From the NCBI GenBank assembly GCA_965198175.1, contig OZ240245.1, positions 4,480,001-4,544,000 on the forward strand: a stretch of DNA of 64,000 bases, given 5' to 3'. Below are positions 21,001-28,224 of this stretch, piece by piece. This DNA comes from Candidatus Poribacteria bacterium (GTDB taxonomy: Bacteria > Poribacteria > WGA-4E > PCPOR2b). The notes beneath the pieces were generated by a model, which was not told where the DNA came from, made no database searches, and saw only the letters and a list, made by a program, of their open reading frames with translations. A program made the translations under genes and the position numbers. Position 1 is the first letter of the stretch. Every line of letters starts with the position of its first letter.

Positions 21001-21803
21001 ACCAACGACACGACTTTGTACTAGTCAAGGCGGACGGGTATCTCGCTGGGAAGGTTGTGGATGCCGATGGTCAGCCGATTGAACGGGCGTGGGTGATGGT
21101 AAGAGCCAAAGAAGACTTGTTCACCGGCTACCGCCACTCCCCCGCTCGCACCGACGTACATGGCGAGTTTGAACTTAGGCGCATAAAGGATTCAGTTGTG
21201 TCGATCCATGTGAGAGATAAAGGATACCGCAAAACTTTTAAGGGTATCGCGGTGAACCAGCGCGATTTAGTCTTCGCACTTACGCCGGCTGACGCGAGAC
21301 CGGAGCCGACTCCAGAACAGCAAGCGGAACGGTCATACTCCGAACCCTGTAGGGAACGCTTTAAAACTTTAGTGAACCGCCCCGCACCAGAATTGACGGT
21401 TGCAGAGTGGCTATCAGGTCCCCCTGTCTCCGTCGAGGATATGAAGGGAAAGACAGTTGCCCTGCATTTCTGGACTTTGAATCACAACCATCATGTCCGA
21501 CAGATACGTCTGTTGCAAATATTGCAGGAGGTCTATCGAGACAAAGGACTGGCCTGCGTCGCTATTTGTCCCGCCGCAGTAGACGTCGAGACGATTAAAC
21601 AACACATCGCAGACCAGTCGCTGTCTTACGCGATCGGGCTAGACCGCCCAACACAGGTCGTCGGCGCAAAAGGCGAAACCTCCCATCAATACGCTGTCGG
21701 ATGGGGAATTCCATTCGTTCTAATTGACACAGCGGGAGAGATTACCGGAGGCGCCTGGGAGCATGACCTCGAAGCTCAGATTCAAATTTTGCTTGCGGAT
21801 TGA
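18054..21803 (+). CDS. ECF sigma factor fused to TM, carboxypeptidase-regulatory-like repeats and a thioredoxin-like domain (paralog of 10153)
   Basis: Colinear with the 10153 protein; ends WEHDLEAQIQILLAD vs WEHDLEAQIQTLLAD. Confidence 0.85.
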   Translation: MYTADEKLVSQTLAGDRDAFGVLVHKYQDMVYTYAFQKVRNETDSQDITQEVFLKAFRHLQKLRHPHLFRSWLYTIMSNECKRWLERVTKKRRREIALEHAVDDSLQIQPEHTVPTKGWEVDLEQAISALPDESRIVVSMFYMGDCSLKEISEFLGVSVNTVKSKLHRARQQLGISLSEHYGKFVKSQNLKGGFLMQLMEQIRHIPSPTMGFAWSSTTVSKTLFTLITALCVLIGLIGGRSDSPNVPTRNQIGLSQSDTSRWPIAVTLHTPDRYATRPTVSGIPTPSGMHLLAVSDRARTVQSRQSIDGRSISANRGAKNAKPQLPAVAARDDGEKLIYSGRVVDSDGAPVGDAELRYAVSFYPLEGDAGSGHSSYYGPFFSTRTGADGTFRFELSPSGLKWMPFDSKDMLSRLNIAVTHPNHAIWWQEFPFQSTADIGIQLEMPEIISGKVMNEAGEPIQNAEVLMNSLSSGDPMLREPGDDLDHYALPQPVKTDANGEFVLPGLPQGATISLDVRGPGYAKEMRHSVPVSAKKLEFRLKREGRIEGRLTYAGSGKPVRSAMVSIQGIHPTDGWGQAHVNWFWGKYRLKNVAPGTHSLYLYNLPKGWTALPKEFIKVAEGETVSNVDFALIRSGFITGRVTDQDTNEPIAHHPIRLNDAAFPEGFQLGVHHTSTDETGAYHFDAAPGQAVVHTNTPTGYQDIGWTERLDIGQVQRRVDVAEGETVSVDFQFSKGIKLTGRLVDETGKPVAGARITNVKRRLKDYGTSDEMGMFTVGGLRIGRKIALKAVHSALGLRGTVEIEVQPEMPVEIRMKRYQRIAVSGRVVDREGKAMRLANIHLIHWDHQRGIGSDTIVAVTDNDGRFQDIALIVGDEYEIDVKLNGYRNAETEQFTATAAMNPIANLVLLPAGGQFFIEGRVTDNSGEPVRGVQLSISQAGQHWSIRTDENGDYRFEDLSMAVVSTLYIHHPGHANHEFKILRTNQRHDFVLVKADGYLAGKVVDADGQPIERAWVMVRAKEDLFTGYRHSPARTDVHGEFELRRIKDSVVSIHVRDKGYRKTFKGIAVNQRDLVFALTPADARPEPTPEQQAERSYSEPCRERFKTLVNRPAPELTVAEWLSGPPVSVEDMKGKTVALHFWTLNHNHHVRQIRLLQILQEVYRDKGLACVAICPAAVDVETIKQHIADQSLSYAIGLDRPTQVVGAKGETSHQYAVGWGIPFVLIDTAGEITGGAWEHDLEAQIQILLAD

Positions 21804-21842
21804 GCGGTTCATAAAATCCACCTCTGTCATTTAAGAAGCGGT

Positions 21843-21941
21843 GTAGGTTGGGTTGGATGATCAACCTACCGAAAAGGGAAGACGATAGTCTTCATCTCCA
21901 TCAACAACACCGTCTTATTAATAGATAGTGAAACCCAACCC
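21843..21941. repeat. GTAG-type REP-like palindromic element between convergent genes
   Basis: GTAGGTTGGGTTGG...CAACCTAC hairpin plus a downstream GAAACCCAACCC arm; GCGGTGTAGGTTGGG recurs at ~17488. Confidence 0.5.
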
Positions 21942-21962
21942 ACTCTTGCTGTTTTTGTGGAC

Positions 21963-23807
21963 TCAGGGGTTGAGATACTTGCGGAACCAGTGCAACGTCC
22001 GCTCCCACCGATCTTTTTTATGAGATTCTTTGTCAAGGCCGTGCCCTGCACCCTTGTAAAGCACATAGGTAACCTCCTTTCCGAGCGCCCTTAGGTATGC
22101 CGTATACAGTTCGGCTTCTTGCCGGGCTTCATTTTCCCCCTGAAGGATTAGAACGGGAGTTTCGACGTTGGCAACGTAGCTGATGGGCGATAGTTCTTGG
22201 TAGACATGTGGAACTTCCCACGGTGCCCCTCCCAACTCTTGCGAGCAAACTGCGGCCCACCGTGTTGTGTGGTGCCCTAGTCCGCAAGTTACACGGTAGT
22301 CGTAGAGTCCACCTAGCAGGACAGCAGCCCGAAAGAGCGTTGATTTCCCAATGGTGTAAGCGCCAAGTATAGCGCCATAACTAAAACCGTGTACCCCCAT
22401 TCTCGCCTTGTCGCACATCTTTTGAGACGCCAACCAGTTAATGCCGCACATAGCGTCTTTATAGTCTATTTCTTCAGTTGGCGGGTCGCACCACTGATAC
22501 TGTTGGCTCCCACGAAAGTCGGGCGCGAATACCTGAAACCCATTGGCTGCCAACCAATGCCACTCACGGTAAAAGATTGCCGCGCCGCCCTCAGTCGGCC
22601 CGCCATGCAAATCGACGATGGTAGGATTCTCCGGGCTCATCGACTTGCCTAACGGCGGAACAACACATCCTTGAATCACCAAACCGTCGTAGGATTGCCA
22701 CTCGACAAGGGAAGCATCTGCTAGCTCGTATTCGGCGAGTTGGCCGCTGAATTGTGTGATTGTGCGTTCCTCTCCAGAATCAAGTGAGATGAGGTGAGCA
22801 TCCGGCAGCGTCAACAATCCCCAAAACACCGTCAAGAGCTTCCGCCCGTCCCGGCTTATCCCTGCAAGGTTGGTCCATCCTGTTCGATTAACAATAACCT
22901 CTTTTCGTCCAGTTCGTATATCGACAGAGAAGACATGGCGGTTGATTCCCTTTAATCCGCTACAGTATATTTTCCGACTGTCATGTCCCCAACAGACGAA
23001 ATTAACGAAGTATTCATCGTCCAATATCCGCACCTGTTTTGAATCCCTCTCCATGATGGCGCACATATTACGCACGGGATGATTGTAGCTATATGGAGAG
23101 TAGCCCATAGCCAAATAATTGCCGCACGGAGACCATGAGGGTGAAATTATCTCGTTCTTGCTGGGACAAATGCGGTCGTTTCTACTGCCAGTTCTTCGAT
23201 CTATATCAAAAAGGCGTTGATCGACGTCGTCTTGATTCCTAATTTCAATGATTGACCAAACAGTCAGCCAATTGCCATCAGGATGCCAAGCTACGGCTTC
23301 GTAGGATTCTCCCGGACTTGATTCCACAAGCAGGGTGGTTTCGTCCGTCTCTACATGAATAATTACGATTAAACTCACAGAAGTTAGCGGGGGTGGAAGC
23401 ACGATAACAATATCGTCCTCGGTGCCTTCATCTTGTATTTCTAGATCCCGTTTCGCAATGAGGGCGATAAACTTACCGTCAAATGACCATTGGAAGAAAC
23501 TGACATTTTCCGCGTCCCCTGCCAACTGCCTCTCGGTTCCATCGGGGTATCTAAGCCAAACCCCTGAACTCTCTGGCTTCAAGAAAGCAAGCATGTCAGG
23601 TTGGACGGGCGACCATTTCGGGAATCTTCCACTGAATGGTTCGTACGACTTCGATGTTTCCAGCTCAGTGATATGAATCTGATTCCGATGCGTGTAGGCA
23701 ACTCGTAAGCCATCCGCTGAGAGATCGCAGTCCGGCGAAAGGTCACGACGTGCAATTCCCGCATACGGAAATGATGCAACTTCATCAACTGTAATTGGTC
23801 GTGGCAT
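21963..23807 (-). CDS. S9 family (acylaminoacyl/prolyl oligo) peptidase with N-terminal propeller
   Basis: HGGP, PDFRGS, GFSYG nucleophile elbow, TPVLILQGE, GAGHG; AAGGAG SD before ATG 23807. Confidence 0.88.
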   Translation of the reverse strand: MPRPITVDEVASFPYAGIARRDLSPDCDLSADGLRVAYTHRNQIHITELETSKSYEPFSGRFPKWSPVQPDMLAFLKPESSGVWLRYPDGTERQLAGDAENVSFFQWSFDGKFIALIAKRDLEIQDEGTEDDIVIVLPPPLTSVSLIVIIHVETDETTLLVESSPGESYEAVAWHPDGNWLTVWSIIEIRNQDDVDQRLFDIDRRTGSRNDRICPSKNEIISPSWSPCGNYLAMGYSPYSYNHPVRNMCAIMERDSKQVRILDDEYFVNFVCWGHDSRKIYCSGLKGINRHVFSVDIRTGRKEVIVNRTGWTNLAGISRDGRKLLTVFWGLLTLPDAHLISLDSGEERTITQFSGQLAEYELADASLVEWQSYDGLVIQGCVVPPLGKSMSPENPTIVDLHGGPTEGGAAIFYREWHWLAANGFQVFAPDFRGSQQYQWCDPPTEEIDYKDAMCGINWLASQKMCDKARMGVHGFSYGAILGAYTIGKSTLFRAAVLLGGLYDYRVTCGLGHHTTRWAAVCSQELGGAPWEVPHVYQELSPISYVANVETPVLILQGENEARQEAELYTAYLRALGKEVTYVLYKGAGHGLDKESHKKDRWERTLHWFRKYLNP

Positions 23808-23881
23808 ACACAAAGTTCTCCTTATTAACAACGAGGCGGTATTGATGCAGGAGCGGTAACCCAGTTAGACGTAGTCTAAAC

Positions 23882-24292
23882 TTATGGCTGAACATGGGGA
23901 ATCATCAGTAATTCAAAAAAGTGAACAAGATCTTCGAATTTCTTGTAAAAAAACAGTTTCTGCGAAATCCCCTGTAGTGTCGTTGAAATGTCTGAACCCT
24001 CTTTTGCAATTACTACAATTGGAGTTTTCTTGGCGTATGCGTAGCCGGCTTCGATGCCTAATCCTACTCCTTTATCTGTTAGGTCGACCACGATTAGGTG
24101 ACTCGAATCAATTGCTGCAAATGACCTTTGCATTAATTCTTCGGAACTTAATTCGACTTGTCCCCAATTCTCGATGTCACGGGCGACACACACTGTTTCA
24201 ATGCCGTTTCGCTCAAGTGCGGATGAGATTTTTTGGATACAATCTCTGTTACTGTTGTCTTCACGGTATTTGATGGAGATAAAGGCTTTCAT
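23882..24292 (-). CDS. Nucleoside 2-deoxyribosyltransferase-like protein
   Basis: IDSSHLIVVDLT..GVGLGIEAGYAYA...PIVV (catalytic Glu region of the NDT family). Confidence 0.7.
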   Translation of the reverse strand: MKAFISIKYREDNSNRDCIQKISSALERNGIETVCVARDIENWGQVELSSEELMQRSFAAIDSSHLIVVDLTDKGVGLGIEAGYAYAKKTPIVVIAKEGSDISTTLQGISQKLFFYKKFEDLVHFFELLMIPHVQP

Positions 24293-24391
24293 AGTTCACC
24301 ATGCAAAAAAGTACCGTCAATCGGAATTCAAGGCAATTTCTCACGTAACTCATGCCCCATTATTGGGCGACCATTATACTATTTGGGTATT

Positions 24392-25609
24392 TTACATTTC
24401 CCCGCTTAACCCTGAAGAACCCATAATATTTGCAAGCGTTTCCATGCCTTTTGCCAAGAGCGAAAAATCGACATTCAACGCGGGAAATACTCTGAGGACT
24501 TTGCCGTGCACAACGTTGATGATGACCCCTTGCTCCAGACACTGCTTTGCAAGGGTTGATGCCAGCTCCTCGGAAGATAGTTCACACCCTATCAGAAGAC
24601 CGCAGCCTCGAATATCAACAATCCGTTCCGCCGCAGTGCGTTGAACCTCTCTCAGGGAGTCTGTTACAATCTCTCCTGCTTTCTCACAATGTTCGAGGAT
24701 TCGATGCTCTAGCAACTCTCGGATGACGGCAACAACCGCAGAACAGGCGATTGGATTGCCTGCAAAGGTGCCCCCATGATCCCCCTTTTCGATTGTTGCG
24801 GCGACGCTATCGGTTATAACAATAGCGCCGACGGGAAATCCACCGCCCAAGCATTTGCCCAAAAGGAGGATATCGGGGGTCACGTCTTCGTGGTTGGCTG
24901 CGAACATTTCTCCTGTTCGACCGATGCCGGTCTGAATTTCATCGAAGATGAGCAGTATCTCATGCCTATCCGCTATCTCTCTCAAACCTTTCAGATAACC
25001 GACCGGCGGCACATTTACTCCACCTTCTCCCTGTATCGGCTCTACGATAATTGCGGCTGTTTCCTGATCGATGGCAGCTTCGATAGCCTCGCAACTCCCG
25101 AATTCAACGAACTTCGTCCCAGACAATAACGGCTCAAACGGCGCTCGATACCGCTCTTGACCTGTGACAGATGCAGCTCCAAGCGTTCTGCCGTGGAAGC
25201 CGTTCCGACATGCGATGAACCCCGGCTTCTTTTTCGCTCGACGTGCAAGCTTGATTGCGCCCTCTGCGGCTTCAGAACCGCAGTTCGTAAAGAATACCTT
25301 GGTGAGCCCCGGTGGTGAAATGTCACAAAGCAGTTCCGCGGCTTCAGCTTGAGGAATCGTGTAAGACAGATTGCAGTTTGGGGCTTGCATGCACAATCGC
25401 ATCTGCTTTGATATCGCCTCAATCAAAGCGGGATGACAGTGCCCGAGAGTCGTCACTCCCCAGCCTGAAGTCAGGTCAATATATTCCTTCCCGTCAACAT
25501 CCCATATGAGACACCCACTTGCTTTATCAACAACCAAAGGGTTTCTATTGAACACCGGGAAGAAATGTGATTCCGTTTTTTCAATTATCGAATCTGTGTT
25601 ACTCTCCAT
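24392..25609 (-). CDS. Class III PLP aminotransferase (acetylornithine aminotransferase-like)
   Basis: GSEAAEGAIK, FHGRT, EPIQGEGG, DEIQTGIGRTG, LGKCLGGG, GTFAGNP. Confidence 0.9.
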   Translation of the reverse strand: MESNTDSIIEKTESHFFPVFNRNPLVVDKASGCLIWDVDGKEYIDLTSGWGVTTLGHCHPALIEAISKQMRLCMQAPNCNLSYTIPQAEAAELLCDISPPGLTKVFFTNCGSEAAEGAIKLARRAKKKPGFIACRNGFHGRTLGAASVTGQERYRAPFEPLLSGTKFVEFGSCEAIEAAIDQETAAIIVEPIQGEGGVNVPPVGYLKGLREIADRHEILLIFDEIQTGIGRTGEMFAANHEDVTPDILLLGKCLGGGFPVGAIVITDSVAATIEKGDHGGTFAGNPIACSAVVAVIRELLEHRILEHCEKAGEIVTDSLREVQRTAAERIVDIRGCGLLIGCELSSEELASTLAKQCLEQGVIINVVHGKVLRVFPALNVDFSLLAKGMETLANIMGSSGLSGEM

Positions 25610-25745
25610 TCAACCCTCCATGCTTAGAAAAACATTCCTGATGAAAGACGGTCAGATACATCGCTAGCTCAAAGAAGATATAATCTGAACAAAAAGAAAA
25701 AATTTACGTGCCACATCAAATTCTCGCTGACACTAGCAAGTTGGA

Positions 25746-26498
25746 TTAGCAGCTTTTTATAATGGCAAAGACTGCATCAATCATGACTTGCTCGCCCTGT
25801 GCTCTTAGATCTTGTTTTTCAGCGTCGCTCAAGAGAATGTGCTCACCTTGGCAGGGATTATCGAAAACAAACAGCAGCGACAGATGACCCATCTGAAAGT
25901 ATTCTGCAACTGCGAAAGTACTCCCTGTTTCCATGTCGACCGCGATATAGCCCTGACGAGACCATCTCTGAACTTCCAGTATTCCCTCTCCAAGCAGCGC
26001 GGATGTCGTCCAGATAGGTCCTTTGTGCAACGCAACAGGCTCAACTCGTGCGGGCGTAAGAAAGTCGACGAGGTTGGGTGAAGCGTCAATCTCTTGCTTA
26101 TGGGGAGAATAGTATTGTGCCGCCCCCTCTCCGCAATGCGCTGATGTTGCACAGACGATATCGCCGGTGTGAATCCTATCCACCAGTGCGCCGCAACAAC
26201 CGGTTTGGATGACTACCGATGTCCCTAGCACACCGAAAAGATGGGTAATTTCAGAAGCCATTGCATCCCCGTACACAGACGCATAACCAACATCAGTATC
26301 CTGATACGTACCGATCAGCACGTCCTCGAAAATCCCGTTTGTCGATTCGACTTCAAAACAATCGCTGAAAAAGGCACGGTGCTTGATATAATTGCCCTTC
26401 AGGTTTCGGGTCCCACGCAGCACTAATACTTTCGGTATCCTGTCTTCAGGAATATTTAACAGCGAAAGCCATTCGCTTTTTGTTACTTCCTTGAGCAT
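25746..26498 (-). CDS. Nucleoside phosphorylase (PNP/UDP family)
   Basis: IQTGCCGAL, GEGAAQYY, GPIWTT, AVDMETG, VFDNP. Confidence 0.8.
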   Translation of the reverse strand: MLKEVTKSEWLSLLNIPEDRIPKVLVLRGTRNLKGNYIKHRAFFSDCFEVESTNGIFEDVLIGTYQDTDVGYASVYGDAMASEITHLFGVLGTSVVIQTGCCGALVDRIHTGDIVCATSAHCGEGAAQYYSPHKQEIDASPNLVDFLTPARVEPVALHKGPIWTTSALLGEGILEVQRWSRQGYIAVDMETGSTFAVAEYFQMGHLSLLFVFDNPCQGEHILLSDAEKQDLRAQGEQVMIDAVFAIIKSC

Positions 26499-26575
26499 TT
26501 TTATACCAAACTATCCTTGAAATCAATGTCCTCAAGCGTATCGGGTAAGTTCAGTTTCCATTCTTTGTCCATATC

Positions 26576-26678
26576 TTAAGTAGACACGATACATCGAATC
26601 TGTTCTCCGAGCCACCACGGCTTCCCAATCGTCGAATCAAAGCTCACATTCCAAACGTCCCCTCTTCTAAGGTTGCAC
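26576..26678 (-). pseudogene. Remnant of a PemK/MazF toxin gene
   Basis: GTG CAA CCT plus one extra T, then RRGDVWNVSFDSTIG...EQIRCI*; resembles the MazF N-terminus joined to the QIR strand, with the core deleted. Confidence 0.45.
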
Positions 26679-26999
26679 CTTCAGAGTTGACCGATTCGTC
26701 CCTGCAACTTCTAACGACCCGTTTGCGGTCTGCTTTTGCCTTTTCTATGTCTCGACTCTGCGAACTTTTTTCGGTTTTGATATATGTCTACGTTCATATA
26801 ATTCAATTCTAAATTACAATTCACAGATTGTCAAAGGGAAATTACTCAATCGAGCGCCACAAGTGCCAGGTGACGTTACAACAGTTAGCAAAAACACCTA
26901 TTCCCAAAAAACTGGACATGAAACAAAGCCGTGAATTATAATTGAATATCAACTAGAAAACAGAAAAGGGGTTCAATTTTTGTAAGAAGGAGACAAATA

Positions 27000-27670
27000 A
27001 TGTGTGGACGATACACACTTGCGCCCACCCCTGCTAGCTTTACAGATACTTTTCCCAAATTCGAACTTCCCGACCAACTGACGCCGCGTTACAACATTAC
27101 ACCCACACAAGAGGTTGCTGTCGTTGCGAACAAAAACCCGTCAAAATAGAATTCTTTCGTTGGGGACTGATTCCGTCGTGGGCAAAAGACCCGGCAATAG
27201 GCAATCGAACGATCAACGCACGTTCCGAAACACTAGCGCAGAAGCCCTCATTCCGAACCGCGTAAAGGCGTTGGCGATGTCTCGTCTTGGCGGACGGTTA
27301 TTACGAGTGGCGAAAGGAGCCAAATGGAGGCGCAAAAACACCGTTTTACACCCGAATGGCATCGGAGCAGCCCTTCGCCTTCGCGGGGCTGTGGGAGCAG
27401 TGGCAACCATCAAGAGACGCAGATGCGATTCTGTCATGCACAATCATCACGTGTCCACCCAACGAGATGCTGGAACAGATTCATCATCGTATGCCGGTGA
27501 TTCTCGATCATGATGCGTCTGACCTCTGGCTAGAGCCAAACAACCAAGCGCCCGCCGAGCTGAATCACCTTCTCGAACCGTATCCTGTCGATGAGATGAC
27601 AGCCTACGCGGTTTCCCGTTTGGTGAATCAACCGAAGAACGATATGCCGGCGCGCATTCTGCCAGTCTGA
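27000..27670 (+). pseudogene. SRAP/YedK abasic-site protecting peptidase, disrupted
   Basis: AAGGAG SD, then MCGRY...PRYNITP; frameshift at ~27130-27148; WGLIPSWAKD...INARSET; in-frame TAA 27263-65; DGYYEW...IHHRMPVIL. Confidence 0.85.
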
Positions 27671-28130
27671 GAACGTCGAACCAAGCGACGCCGCACCTGC
27701 CCTCCGAGTTGCTAAATTAAAACGCATCTGTGGTGTCCGGACTCACTGCATGATATGTAGCACTGGCGCGGTTTATACGACCTTGGAAGCGGTGAGGCGA
27801 CTGGGTGGGAAGCGGATAGAAGTGCTTAAAGCTGCGAATTCGGGAAATGTTCCTACCGGACGACGAGATCAGGTGGTCGGATATATGGCGGCTGCCATAT
27901 ATTGTTGATTGTACGCTTGTTGTCTTGATGGTCACTAGCGTTCACACCCATTTCGCAGCGCCTATCTTATCACACGAACAGGTCAGTGTCAACCGGTAGG
28001 CAAAAGTGAAATATTGACATGCTAAACCCGTAAACCGCTATAAGCGGGCACCCCGAATTTGATATGGATAATCGATTCAATGTGTGTTAGAATGCGGAGG
28101 CGATCGGTTTTTCGGTGAAATTTCGATGTG

Positions 28131-28147
28131 TTGGCATAAAATATGCT
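28131..28147 (+). promoter_or_regulatory. Putative sigma54 -24/-12 promoter
   Basis: TTGGCATAAAATATGCT = GG-N10-GC, about 80 nt upstream of the 28225 start. Confidence 0.6.
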
Positions 28148-28224
28148 TCTAACTTTTAGTAGGCGCTTGAAGGTTTTTACCCATTACATCTTACGTTTCA
28201 TTCTATCAAACTGCGGGAGAAGGC

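Noticed and set aside
23820..23882. Possible integron attC (GTCTAAC...GTTAATA on the minus strand) among small co-oriented genes
   Set aside because: No L-box pairing, no similar site in the other spacers, no integrase in the window.
24392..25609. Assigning the symbol argD
   Set aside because: Class III aminotransferase substrate cannot be fixed from motifs, and there is no arg context.
27717..27935. 72-aa minus-strand ORF
   Set aside because: No RBS or family motif; cannot be supported.
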